Origin: the human T2T-CHM13v2.0 reference genome, Homo sapiens | Strand: one strand, 5' to 3' | DNA length: 64,000 nt | Assembly: GCF_009914755.1 (NCBI RefSeq) | Contig: NC_060925.1 | Shown: in pieces, positions 35,871-52,214 of the stretch | How the letters are laid out: every line of letters starts with the position of its first letter | Position numbering within the stretch: the first letter of the stretch is position 1 | Position numbers and translations under genes: made by a program | Notes under the pieces: model-generated | Databases searched by the model: none | What the model was told of the DNA's origin: nothing | Seen by the model: only the letters and a program-made list of their open reading frames with translations

Positions 35871-37293
35871 CTGGGTATAAATTTTGTGGCAGTAAAACTG
35901 AATATTTCCCCTTATATGAAAGGAGATTGTGACCTGTGGTAAACAATGTGTATGAATTTAGGGATACCATTTATTTGATCTCAAATTCCTGGCCTCAAGC
36001 ATTCTGCCCACCTCGGCCTCCCGAAGTGCTGGGATTACTGCCATGAGCCACTGCGCCCAGCTCAAGGGATGCCATTTATTTGAAACAATCTGAACATCAC
36101 AGTCTAATTATTTGAAAAAATTCAACATGGCAGAAGTCCTAGTTTCCTGGGATTCCAGTAACTTAAAAAATCAGCAGGAAATGGCATAATACATTTTTTT
36201 CCAAATCATTTGTGGGGTTGAAATGTGTTACATAAACAGCTATGGTTTTCAACATTGGTTTTCAGTTCAGTGTATGTCTTTTGAGGATCTATAAGGAACT
36301 GTGCTAGGAAAGAGAAACTGAGGGTAGAGTTTCTGATTTGATAAAAATCTAGGCTGCAGTTATCTTTAAAATCAGTAGTAAGGAATTTGAGAAATCTGGG
36401 CTATATCTTTATTGCAAATGGAAAAAGTTGGATGCATTTGCCAAAATATTTTTGCATTTATTTCAGCTGATTTATTCATTTTAAGATTTTTACATGATAG
36501 ATTAATAATAGGACATGAATTGGAGCCCAACATCTTTTTGGATCTCTAGAGTATGCTGATGCTTTTTATACAGTTTTGTATTTCATTAGTCATAGTCATT
36601 GACTCTGGTCCTCAGTTTTGTTATTTGTTGAATGTGGACATTAAACTGGATCAGGGTTACCAGATTTTGTTTTGTTTTTAACCAACAGCTTTTCAGACTA
36701 AATTTTACTTGACATCATAATATGTGAATTAGATAAAAGCTGAGCTACCAGGGTTGAATTTCAGACAAAATCTTGAAGTGGCCCATGAGGCGTTTAGTTG
36801 GAAGCTTCTAACGTTCTAATGACCATCCTTTGAAAACCTTTAAGGTTTTCCTTAGAGCATTTTGATTAGTGCTAATGGATTCAGGACCTGTAGCAACAGA
36901 TGAAAAAAAAATGGAGATACCAAAATGAAATTGTTGACTCTGGTGAAGGCTTGTCATAACATTTGGTTATTAACTTTCTCAAAAAGATGAATTTATTTGT
37001 TGTGTCTTTCTGAAGAAAGTCAGCTATGATATGGGAAGAGCACTTAATCATAAAGAAAAAAGTAGCTAAGCAAGTTTTTCCTAAGCTTTTCGATGATTCC
37101 AGTCTTAAGATTCAACATATATTTATTGTTATTATCTTTACGTAGCCAAAAGTAGTCTTGAAGTTGGCCTAAAGACACTGATACCTAGAATTGTAGAGGT
37201 AGGAAATTTGGTAAGGAAAAGTTACATGTAGCGTTTTTTCTTCCTAAAAGTTCAATAAAAATTTTAAATGCATTAACCAGTGGTTATTTCCAG

Positions 37294-37382
37294 GATGAAG
37301 AGTGTGTGCGCCTTGATAAAGAGAGATTGGCTGCCCGTTTGGAGGGTCACAAAGAAGGGATTGTACAGACTGAACAGATTAG
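37294..37382 (+). CDS. CDC73: Parafibromin exon 6 (c.424-512)
   Basis: ttccag|GAT GAA GAG TGT...CAG ATT AG|gtaaga; [29 protein letters not shown](R); 89 nt. Confidence 0.97.
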
Positions 37383-37879
37383 GTAAGAATTCTTTTTAAG
37401 TAGAAAGTAGGTAGTTTAGATATATGTAAAAGTATAAGGAAAAGGAATATTAAAATGCTCTCCACATTTACATTTACCTCTTGGATTCATTTTATGCCTC
37501 TTTGCTCTTAAGTTCGTAAGAACATGTGTGGGGATTGGAAGTCATTGTGTTTATCATGCTTTTTGAAAAGTCTTCTTGTTTCTATTACCATGTTGGTCTT
37601 TCTTTTTAAAAATTGCGTTATAAGCTGAGAAATTCATTTTATGTTACCTCTTATTGATTACTTACACCAGAAGTCAGCAAGCTTTTTCTGGAAAGTGCCA
37701 CATGTTAAATATTTTTAGCTTTGAAGGTAATATGGTCTCTTGAAACTACTGAACTTTTGTGGTGTGGGGAAAGCAGCCATAGACAATACATGAATGGATG
37801 GGCATAGTTTCTTCACTTTTTAAAAATGTTTTCATTTTTCTGGATTCCAGCTACTCAAACTCTACTTGAAGTTGTTTGA

Positions 37880-38665
<786 letters not shown>

Positions 38666-39591
38666 TAAAAAACATACCTACTTCATCTTTTCATTTAGCT
38701 TGTTGAAATATAGAACGTAGTTCTTGTAATTATTTTCATGCCTTGAGATTGATTGATATTTCTCCTCGTTCTGCTTTATTACATGTCTGCTTTATTACAT
38801 TTTCCTGCTTTATTACATATCATGTGATCTTTGCACACCAAACATCATATATACTTTTTACCTTGTTGAGGGCTAGATATTGTTATATCTCCCCACATCA
38901 TCTTTAGCTTTTTTTTGGGACACAGTTAAATCCCTTGGAAACAGTTTGTTACTTTTGGGTCTTGATTTTAATTTATCTGAACATTGGTCAGCTAGGGTAA
39001 TTATTCCCCACCCACTGAGGGAAGACCATTCTGAGTACCTAATACTTCATGAACGTGAGGTTTCATTCTGGCTAGTGGAACAGGCACTATTCTTCACTTT
39101 GTGTGAACACTAGGCATTATTCTGTCTAATTCACTTGGGTGGTTCTTTATTCAACCTTACATAGTTTCTTCATATTTGTGCTAGTCAGAATTCTGCTGGG
39201 GTACGTGAGGGGGATCTTCTGTGCAGTTCTCAGGTCTTCTGACCTATGAATTCTAAACACCTTGGTCTTGCTGTAGTCTCAGCTCCATTTCTTCTTATCA
39301 GAGAATCCGCTCAGCTCTACATGGGTTCTCCTCCCAAGGCCATGTCTTGGAAACTTACAGGCAATAAGCTGAGGCAGTCATAGGGCTTACCTTGTTTGTT
39401 TCTCATTTGTTAGGGAATTACTGTCCTTCATTGCTTGATATCTAGCATCTAGTAAACCATTGTTTTATGTATTTTGACTGGTTATTTAAAGGCTGGAGGG
39501 TTAGTCTAGTCTCTGGTACTTCATCTTGGCTGTAAGTAAAAATTCTATGTTTCAAAGTCCATTGGAGGCTTGATTATAGTTTGGAGAAGTA

Positions 39592-40084
39592 CGGTAGTCC
39601 CCCATCCACCCTCTGGGGATATGTTCCAAGACCTCCAGTGGATGCCTGAAACCTCGGATAGTCCTGAACTCTAGCCAAGGAGTGCCAAGGTCACCTTGTC
39701 GTTTAAGGGAAGCACTTTGGCAGTGGCATATGCGAATTGCTGGCATCACTACTCTTGTGTTTTGGGGCCATTGTTAGGTAAAATAAGGGCTACTTGAACA
39801 TAAGTACTTTAATGCTGCCATAGTCGATCTGATAACCGAGATGGCTATTAAGCGACTAACAGGCAGTGTATACAGTATGGATACATTGGACAAAGGGATC
39901 ATTCGTGTCCGGATATCCCAGGCAGGTGTCCCAGGCAGGACAGTACAAGATTTCAGCAGGCTACTCAGCACGGCACATAATTTAAAACTTACGAATTATT
40001 TATTTCTGGAATTTTCCATTTAATATTTTGGACTGTGGTTGATAGCAGGTAACTGAAACTGTGGAAAGCCAAACAGGAGTACTG
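39592..40084 (+). mobile_element. MER44/Tigger7-type DNA transposon
   Basis: TA|cggtagtccccc...ggagtactg|TA: TA target duplication, degenerate TIRs, homologous to 1948-2851. Confidence 0.8.
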
Positions 40085-41058
40085 TATTTGAATTTGGCTT
40101 AAGGTATGCTGGTGTGCTTTAGATTTTAAGGGAAATTTGCACAGTATTACACAAAATGCATCAAATGCCAGATGCATATGAGCACTACTATAAAGTACCT
40201 TCATACCTAATCTGAATAAAATTAGAATACTGTATAATACTACTGTATTTAAACCTGCAGGAATTTTTGTCCTTTTTCTAGATTTTGTGTAAACATATTT
40301 CAAGATTTTCATCTTGTGACTAAAGTAATATTTTTGTCTACTGTTATTAAGGTACCCAAACACTTTTTAATTCTTTTTCTCATTTTACATGATAAAAGAC
40401 ACTTTGCTTAAGATTATCATTTTATGACGTATACTTTCAGTGTTGTCTTTTTTTATATTTCTGCAAACATAGTCTCTTTCAACTATTTTGCCTATTTGAA
40501 AATCAAGAAAAGGGAAGAAAAAGAAAACTGTATAAAATATGGCTTTATCTTCCAGAGATTAAAGGAGTATGTTTTTGTGGCATATAAAAGCCTGTCACTT
40601 AAATTATGTTCTGCACTATGGCATACAAGTTTGAAACCTTGAAATAAATTTCAAGGAAAACCTAGGCTTTGAACTTTCTGTAGGATGGATTTTTTACCTC
40701 CTTCCAAAGTGGCATCTGTGTGTGTGTTTAATTTCCATAGATACAGAAAATATAAAGAAAAGCACCTATATTAATGAGTCCTGCTTTTTTGTGGGGAAGA
40801 GATGAAAAACCATGAAGAATTTTGTTGTATTGATACTTCTAAGAAATTACTAATTTGCTCTTAGAGTAATATCTCGACATGAATTCTTTATAAAAATTTT
40901 ATATAATTGCAGAATAGCAAGTCAGTCTTACAGATAAGAAAACCTTAATTATTGCCATGTAAGTGTTTTTACCAGAAATTTATAAATGTAACAAAATATA
41001 TTTATGATACACTCCAGGAATGCCTGCTGTGAAAATTTAAAAAAGAAATTGCTTTTAG

Positions 41059-41275
41059 GTCTTTGTCTGAAGCTATGTCAGTGGAAAAAATTGCTGCAAT
41101 CAAAGCCAAAATTATGGCTAAGAAAAGATCTACTATCAAGACTGATCTAGATGATGACATAACTGCCCTTAAACAGAGGAGTTTTGTGGATGCTGAGGTA
41201 GATGTGACCCGAGATATTGTCAGCAGAGAGAGAGTATGGAGGACACGAACAACTATCTTACAAAGCACAGGAAAG
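41059..41275 (+). CDS. CDC73: Parafibromin exon 7 (c.513-729)
   Basis: ttttag|G TCT TTG TCT GAA GCT ATG...GGA AAG|gtaatt; [72 protein letters not shown]; 217 nt. Confidence 0.98.
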
Positions 41276-41307
41276 GTAATTAAAATATTTTACTCATTCA
41301 TTGGAGT

Positions 41308-41326
41308 GAGAGAGAGAGAGAGAGAG
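41308..41326. repeat. (GA)9 microsatellite at CDC73 intron 7 +33
   Basis: gagagagagagagagagag starting 33 nt after the exon 7 donor. Confidence 0.9.
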
Positions 41327-43024
41327 TGCGTTTAATCTGTGGTTATAGAATTGGTTAAACTTTGCTTTTAGGTGGAAGTTTCAAGTTTTATCTCTTTGAA
41401 AGCTCAGTAATAATGTAGATTTCCAGATGGCCATTTTTACCATTCCATTCTTGAATATGGTTGTTAGACATCAGAGATGCTGATGAAAAAGTAGGAATCA
41501 AAATGCAAGCTCCTTCACAGATCATTTGCAAATCAAAGAATGGCCCAGTTTTCCTGTTGAGTCATTTTTGCTTAAACCTAATAAATGGAATAATATTGAT
41601 GGCAAGTTCTCTGGTTATTAATGCCATCATTATTTTTTTTTCTCACATGGTAGAGAACTTATGGAAATCTGTAGCAAACATTTATTGAGTATATTTTACA
41701 CACTATATTCTGTTGTGTGGGTATAGCAGTTTTTTCATTAGCTCCCTATTAATGGAAATTGTTTTCTTTTGTTTTTGCTCCAAAGATTGTGCAGTTTTTC
41801 TCCCTTTCTCTGTCCTTCCTTTCTTCTCTCTGCCCCCCTCCTCCTTTCTCTCTTTCTCCTCCCGTTTCCCTCTCTTCCTCCTTCCCTCACTTCCTTTTCC
41901 CTATTATGAATAATGCATTAGAAAACATTGTTGTACACGTACCTTTGTGTGTTTGTGTGTATATAGCCAAAGGATTAATTCTTGGAAACAAATTGCTGGT
42001 TAAAGGAGATATGCACTTTATATTTTGAAAGATAAAAATCTGAAATACTGAATGTCCAGTATTTTCATGGATCTCCAAAAAGAGGATGCATTTATCCTGA
42101 TTTATGTACTTTCATTTGTCTTTTCCTCTTTAGTGCCTCAATTTTCTCTTAAATGTTTTCTCCACTGATGCACAGTTGTTAATAATGATGATCTAGTAAG
42201 AATGTTGAAGTGTGCAAAGTTACTTGTGAAACTGAAATTTAACATTGTTTTAGGCAAATTGGTTTTGATTGTAGAATTTTGGGATTTTAGTCTTAAATTT
42301 ACATTGCTATTTTAGTAGAAATAAAGCTATGAAAAGAGTATATGAAGAAAAGAATCATTTCTTTTTCTTTTGTACTTTGACTTTGTTTTACAAAGTACCT
42401 AAGGTTGAGATTAAGAATCATTCTCCAGAGCTTAGAATTATAGAGAAATCTGAGGATGTGAGTAAACTTCCATTTTTGCTATTTACAACAAAATGATTTG
42501 TTGATACTGATTTTCACTGTCTAGCATGGCTAATACTTGAGAAATATTGTGACTTACGTTGATCCACCAGTGTTCATTAAAATAAAAAAATCTCAAACTC
42601 ATAGTAGAAGAATAAAAACAGGTGATATACCCTACCTAACTTTTAGACCAAACATTACTTTTTCAAGTAACTGAAGTGAACAGTTTTCTTTGAGCTCTAG
42701 GTGGCAGGATTGTACCATCATTTCTAAACTTACTGATTTAATATTGTTGGTACCACTATATCTTTTAAAAAAATAAGTTAATAAAAGAATTGTTTTGTAG
42801 CTAGGCTTGCCTGAGTATTATTAGTATTAAAAAATAAAAAATACTTTGATAGTCTTTCTGTGTATTGTTTTTATCTGGTAAACTCTAAAAATACTCTTAG
42901 GCAGGTGAGAATAAAAAAATACCCTTAGGTACTTAAAGCCCTGTGGGTTTTAGATAGACCTTCATTATTACTAGTTATCAGGGCTTTCTTATTTTTTGAG
43001 TTTCAGGAACAAAAGTCAGGTTCA

Positions 43025-43363
<339 letters not shown>

Positions 43364-43699
43364 TTATTATTTTTGCAAGGACCCCAAATAAAGCAACTTG
43401 ATTTTATAATGCCGTTTAGAAAACACACCTTTAAACTTACATAAATTAGGTGAAAGGTTTATACGATCTGAAGAGAAACATGTATAAACTTATATAAATT
43501 AGTATATGTTCATCATTGAAAAACTAATAAAAAGGAGATCACTAGAAGGAAGATGTTAATCACCTGTAATTCTGCTGCATAGTAGATTGATGATAATATT
43601 GATTAATTCTTCTTTATTTTTAAAGTAGTGAGATTTGCTTTTCATATATTTTCAACTATTTTTTATAATAAGACTAAGATTTTATGTGCATTTTTCATT

Positions 43700-44940
43700 G
43701 TATTGACCTTTGCAGTGATGGTACACAATCAATGGTTGGTAAAACTGCTGGTCATGGTGTGAATCAAGGCAATGGCACTTAGCCATTGTGTTCTTTACTC
43801 ACGAATGTCCTTGATGACGTTTTTAAAATTTATGAATTTTGTTAAATCTTGACCCTCAAGTGTGTCTTTTTATTATTTTGTGTGACGAAATTGGAATGTA
43901 GAAGCACTTCTGCAAACATGATGGTTATTCTCATCAAGAGACTTGTGCCGTTGTGTGAAGTATGAACTGAATCAACATTTTTTTATTTAAGTAACTGTTA
44001 TTCAGACTTGGTTATTTGGCAGACTTTTTTTTTTTTTTTTTAAATGAAGGAAATAAATTTGTTCCTTGAAGGAAAGCAACTGATAGTATTTGTTGCCAAT
44101 GATAAAATGACAGCTTTCGTGAGAAAATTAGAATTTTGGGAAGTTTCTTTATGCTGCTGTCACCATAACACTTTTCTAATTCTTTTTCCACCCATAAGTA
44201 AAGAAACAAGCAATTTTCTAATTCTTAAAGTCTTCTAGTGAGTCTTTTACAAATAATATTAACAAGTATAATTTGTTGATACTGTATAATTAACCATGTT
44301 AATATTTGGAAAATGTGCATAATTCAGTGATTGATATTTTCCAGATGACCAGTGAATGCTGTCACAAATCATGCATGGGTAGAAAGTTCATTTAAAGTGC
44401 AAGGAGACTGATGGATTTTAAAGTACCTATGCAAAAAGTTTATGGATGTGGTTTCCATGTTGCATTAACCTTTAAGAACCATTTATTGCATTTTGGTATG
44501 ATATCAAAGAAGACTATCCACAGTTACCTGAAAAACCTTTTCCAGCTGTTTGTGTGAGGATAGATTCTCTCGGTATTCTTTGACCAAATAAGATAGCACA
44601 TTTATGACCAAATAAGAAAGCACAATAAATGTCGAATGTAGAAGCTGATCTGAGAATACAGCTGTCTTCTATTAAGCCAGAGATTAAGGAAATTTGCAAA
44701 AATTTAAAACCTGCCACTCTTTCTTGTCATTACTTTTATGCATTTTGAAAAGTGATTTTTCATGAAATATGCTATTATGTTTACATGGAATCTTGTTTTC
44801 TTATTTTTAAAAGAATTTAAATTTTTTTCAATTTTAATCTTTAATTCAATAGATACTGTAGTTCACACAAACTTAAAGCTCTTTGGGGTGCTCAGTAATT
44901 TGTAAGAGTGCAAAGGGGTCCTGAGACTTATATTTGCTGC
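43700..44940. mobile_element. Charlie1-type hAT DNA transposon remnant
   Basis: Degenerate transposase-like sequence (MKEINLFLEGKQLIVFVANDKMTAFVRKLEFW; gtagaagctgatctgagaatacagctgtcttctattaagccaga) and end aaaggggtcctgagac. Confidence 0.7.
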
Positions 44941-45534
44941 TCCAGAGAATTATAGGAACTAGTTAGCACTGCAACTGGTATAGTGATAATAGTTATGTTT
45001 CAAGCAGCCTCTCATTTTATATACATATTTATTTGTATAGTATTTATTTAACATCTACAAACTAGGCAAGTGCTAAACACTGACCAGAGGTGCATTGGTC
45101 CTAGCTCTCACAGAAGTTATACTCTTCAGCAGAAGTCAATATTAAATAAGCGGTAATTATTACGTACATTATAGGGCAGACACCCAGCAAGGGCAGTTAA
45201 CTTAGTTGAGAGTAAAGAGGAGTGATACCTAAAGAACAAAAACTAGTGAGGGAGGTGAGAGGGGTAAGGTGGGAAGAGTGGTCCCAGCCAAGGAAACAGA
45301 ATGCCTTGTTTAAAGAAGAGAAATTATGTTGTATTTGAGGTTCATGAGGGCAGCGACCATGTCTTTTTTGATCATCATTGTACCCAAGTGCCAAGCAAGG
45401 TGTTTGGCTTAGAGTAGATTCTTACTACATATTCCTTCAAATGTTAAGTGATTGATAGGCAGCATAAGAAGAGCCCCAAAGGAACTGTCAGACATTAGGG
45501 GTAAAACCAAGAGAGAGTAGCATCTCAGAGGCCA

Positions 45535-45683
45535 AGTATCTTTGTCTGTTTTGTGCTGCTGTGGATATCACAGACTGGGTAATTTATGAAGACAAGAAAT
45601 TTATTTCTCATATTTCTGTAGGCTGGGAAATCCAAGAGCATAGCAGTGGCATCTGGTGAGGGTCATTTCATGGCAGAAGGCAG

Positions 45684-45729
<46 letters not shown>

Positions 45730-45927
45730 ATGAGACACAGAGAGAAATGGGGCCAAACTTACTCTTTCGGGAATCCGAGCCCACTTTTGCAATAACAACA
45801 TTAATCCATTCGTAAGGGTGGAGCCCTATGACCTACCTAATCACCTCCTAAAGGCTCCACCTCCTAATACTATTAGAATGGAATAAAATTTCAACATGGG
45901 TTTTAGAGGAGACATTCAATCCATAGC
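45535..45927 (-). mobile_element. MST/MaLR solo LTR containing an (AAGC)n repeat at ~45684-45729
   Basis: cacagactgggtaatttatgaagacaagaaatttatttctc...ttcaatccatagca. Confidence 0.78.
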
Positions 45928-46208
45928 ATGAAGGAAGAATATTTCATGAAGGAAAGAGTCGTCAGATTAGTTAGCTGTGTTGACTTTTGATCAGCATGTA
46001 ATTGCATTGTGAGTTGAAGAGCATTTGTACTTGTACTTTCCAACTTACACATCTTTGAAAAGTGTACATTGACTTCTGATAGTATCTCAAAACTCATATG
46101 TAGCAATCTGAAATTAGCACTGGAGTTTAACAGGAGGATGTAGTAGTTGATTATTTTTTTTTCTGAACTAGAAGCCTCTTTTGACAAATGTATTTATATT
46201 TTATTTAG

Positions 46209-46406
<198 letters not shown>

Positions 46407-46568
46407 TAGCCAGAATGGCCTCAATCTCCTGACCTCATGATCCACCTGCCTCTGCCTCCCAAAGTGCTGGGATTACAGTCACGAGCCACCGTGCCCGGCC
46501 TTATTTAGATTTTAACTTGCTTTCTGGTTATATATTTGAACAGATGCAGAATATGAATACATTTGTAG

Positions 46569-46805
<237 letters not shown>

Positions 46806-47075
46806 TGACCTCGTGATCTGCCTGCCTTGGCCTCCCGAATGTAGCAGTTTAAGTAAAATGAAAATGATGAAATGAATACCATGGGATTTACAATAATCAG
46901 TCTCTGGATCAATATCTTAGTAGTGGTTGGTTTTTACATATGTGTATAATAATGATACCTTATGACATATGTAGTAGGGAAGAATCGATAGTAAGATAAC
47001 TTAGTCTTAAATTATCAACTAAATTTACTATTGTATATTTAAAGTGGGCTTAATTAAAATCCATTTATATTTTAG

Positions 47076-47261
<186 letters not shown>

Positions 47262-47814
47262 TAAAATCAGTGGATTCTAAACCTTTTGCTCCTTTAGCAT
47301 ATCTGAAAGATGTGAAAGCCCTCCCCAACATTAAAAGTTACTTACTTCAGCAGTAATTCTTAACTGGAGCAGTAATTCTTAATATACCTGGGTCAGAGTC
47401 TGAAAAAGGTTAATTAGGGAAAGCCCTCTATTTATTTTAGGTAAACTGTGGCTGGCCTACTCATTGTTGCTTGGGACAATTGCTAACCATTGTTAATAAC
47501 ATAAATCCCTGTTAACTCCCAGTTTGGGGTTCTTTTTGGCATTGTATCTATTACATCTTGGTGAATGTATTTCTCTTGATCACCAGCCATGCTGTCCTTT
47601 AATTGTACCTCCATTTCAGCTGCTCTGAGAGTTGACTGCCTTCTCTTTGAAGTGCCACTTAAGACCCTCCCAAAGTAAATTTCACGTATGACATATAGCC
47701 TATATTTAAATTCAAACATCCTCTAATTTTGTTGAAAATCCTTCCAGCTATTTTCATATGATTCAACAAAGGAATAAAACATACAAATGAAATTGTTTCT
47801 ATTTTCTGCAATAG

Positions 47815-48075
<261 letters not shown>

Positions 48076-49497
48076 TGAACTTCTGACCTCAGGTGATCTG
48101 CCCACCTCGGCCTTCCAGAAAACCTTCTATATTTTTAAAACTCTGTTTCAAGTTTTAAAAGGCACATTGAAATGTATTAGAGTACTAATACAGCCTTTGC
48201 AACTACTTTGTAGTAGTTTTATTTGCTCATGAAATTGTTGGAATTTAACTTTTAAAGATGGTAGGCTTTTGTTGATAATTAGATAAATACTTTTAGTTGA
48301 CTCTCCATCAAGTACTTAAGTGCCTTCTATTAGGAAGTCTGCTAATGATCTTGAGATACAATAGTGAGAAAGATTATAGTCCCTACTTTCTTTGAGCTTA
48401 TAGTCTAATACAGCAGTCCCCAACCTTTTTGGCACCAGGGACCAGTTTCGTAGAAGACAGTTTTTTCATGGACCAGGGGGAGGTTTTTGGAATGAAACTG
48501 TTCCACCTCAGATCCTCAGGGTTTAGTTAGATTCTCAAACGACCATGTAACCTAGATCTCTCAGCAGTTCCCTACTTATTAGATGTTTTTTTTTTTTTAA
48601 AGTAGTGGAGTAAGAGCTATGATGGCAAAGCACAAGGTACTTAGAATTATGAATTTGTTGACATTTTGAATAGCTGTTGATAGGAAACATGTCAAACCTT
48701 AAAACAGTTTTACCATTTGTGACTGATTATTCTTTCTGTATATTTATATAATCGTTAGAATACTTGAAGGTTTTAATGTTTGGCATTTGACTATAGAAGT
48801 ATATGCCTAGTGTGAAGTAAGCATATACTTATCATTCTTGATAGGTATTGATAAGTATATTTTATTTGGCATAATATTTGATATAGAATCCTATCATAAT
48901 AAAATGAAAAGTATTTCAGTCTTCATGAATTTTCCAAGTAGCTTTGGGAATATTCCTAAATATGTGTTTTTAGTTTGTTAAACATTGTGAGTTTTGATAA
49001 AGTATTTGTGATTAAATAATGCATCATTAGACTGACAGCCTTTTCTAATTATTTAAAAAAAATACGTCTTCAGTCTTACTCTGTTTATAATGGATTAATC
49101 ATCATGGCTTTCATGTTTATTTAAGGATTAATAATTTGGGTTTTTTTGTTTTGTTAAAACAATCATAATTGCAGGGAAGAGTATTATGTCGTAAAGGTAC
49201 TTTAGCCAGGTATGGTGGCTCATGCCTGTAATCTTAGCACTTTGCGAGACTGAGGTCGATCACCTGAGGCTGGGATTCAAAACCAGCTTGAGCAGCATGG
49301 TGAAACTTTGTCTTTATAAAAAAAAAAAAATTAGCTGAGTGTGGTGGTGCATGCCTGTGGTCCCAGCTACTTGGAAGGCTGAGGTGGGAGGATCACTTGG
49401 GCCCAGGAGGTCTTGGCTGCAGTGAGCCATGGTCATGCTACTGCACTCCAGCACATTAAATAAGTGACATTTAAAAATATTAACAAGTAACTCATAA

Positions 49498-49656
<159 letters not shown>

Positions 49657-51533
49657 TGATGTTTAAGGGTAAGGGTTGGCAAAGTAATGTCTACAGACCA
49701 GATCTTACCCACTGCAATTTTTCTTAAATAACATTTTGTTGGGACACAACCACACTCATTCATTTATGTATTTTATATATGGCTGCTTTGGCTTTGTGAC
49801 ATCAGTATTGAATTGTTTCAGTAGAGACTGTGTAGCCTACAAAGCCTAAAAATATTATCTGGCCCTTTACAGAAAAAAAGTTGGCCAACCCCTGGTTAAT
49901 AGCATGGATTCTGGATCCAGATAGCTTATGTCGTAGTAACTTTTTGTGTGAATTTTAATGTTACTTTAACTGCATTCTGCCTTAGTTTTCTCCTGTGTAT
50001 AATTAAAATGTTATTATAGTGCCTGTCTCTTACCATTATTGTGAGTATTGGACTGGTTAATAAATATTGAATTCCCAGAATAGTATCTGATATGTAAGTA
50101 AATTATCTATAAATGTTTGCTGTTATTCATACTGCTTTTGTTTTTATATAATTTAAAGTAGAGATTCTATATGTTAAGTCATTTTTCCCAAGTTATAAAT
50201 GTGTATGTACATTGAGAACTTGGAAACAAATTTTGAGCAATGATGGGAGGACTTACTTTGTGATAGTCTACGTGGTATTCTGGCTAATGCAATAACACCA
50301 TTTCTGCAGTTGTGAGGTGAGACTAATGTCAGTGTAACTTCCTCTTGGGATCTTCATTCATCATGACTTGATTCATGAAAATATTAGGTAGAAGCAACTG
50401 GAAGTTAATGATATTTTTAAGCATAATCTGAAATCTTCATTTAAGTTTTTTTTAAATGATATGTTGCCTTGATGCAATGAATTTTGTGTGCTGACTTCAT
50501 TCAGTTGTTAAAGGCATGCACTGGATATGTGCCATAGAAAGACTACGTCCATTCTTTCATTATAATATTCAATGTTTTTCTTGAGGAATGAATTATATAA
50601 AGCAGAGGTTGATAAATTACAGCCCCCAAACTAAATATCACCCTCCATGGGCCAAATTGGGTTGCCCCCAATTGATCACATATATTGTTTATTCTGCTTT
50701 TGCACTAAAATACAGAATTGGGCAGTTGTGACAGATTTTAAGGCTTGCAATGTGTTAAAATATTTGCCTTTACAGAAAGGCATATTGGGATTCTGTCCTG
50801 GCACTCCAATCATTATTTACAACATTGCTTTCTATAAAATATGTAATATGGTTGATTGCTGTAGCTCACACCTGTAATCCCAGCACTTTTGGAGGTGGAG
50901 GCAGGAGGATTGCTTGAGTTCAGTACTTTGTGACCAGCCTGAGCAACATGGCAAAACCGCATCTCTACTAAAAATACAAAAAAATACCTGGGTGTGGTGG
51001 TGCATGCCAGTGGTCCTAGCTACTCGGGAGGCTGAGGTGGGAGGATTGCTTGAACCTGTGGAGGGGGGATGGGAGAAGAGGTTGCAGTGAACTGCAGTGC
51101 CACTGTACTCCAGCCTAGGTGACAGAGTGAGACCCTGTCTCAAAAGAAAAAATATATATGTATGTATGTATATAAAAATAAGTATATGCCTTATGACTGA
51201 AACTTTGGAACACTACTTTTTATAACTTTGGGTCTTTTCATGGTATTAGATGCTTTTAGTGGTACTATCATTGAGTATTAGTAGTAAGTAATTTGGGGTT
51301 ATAAAGTATTCAATCTTAATTTTTGAACATAATTGCAGAGATAGTCTTAACCAGCTTCTATACAATAGGCTTGCTGGTCTGTATTTAATATATTAATATT
51401 TTTTAACCTAGAGTCCTTTTTAAAGTTTTTATCTTCACAAGTACGTAATTTAATTTTACATAGTAGATTCAAGGCTTTGTATATTATTGAACCATCACAT
51501 TCAATGTAGATTATTACTTTAGATTTGTTATAG

Positions 51534-51659
<126 letters not shown>

Positions 51660-51884
51660 TAATTTGGCTGTAGATGTTCTTTTGTTCCAGGGATTTTATG
51701 TGAGTAGCACATGTTGAAGTAAATCTTTAGTCTCTCATATTTTTTATTTCAAACATTTTTCTTTATTGATCACTTGTGCTGATTGATCTGTGTGGTGTAT
51801 TATTTGATTCATGGGTATCCTGTTTCATTTTTCTTTTCCTTCAAATTAAGTTGAATATATGTAAATAAAAGCTGATTTGATTAA

Positions 51885-52214
<330 letters not shown>

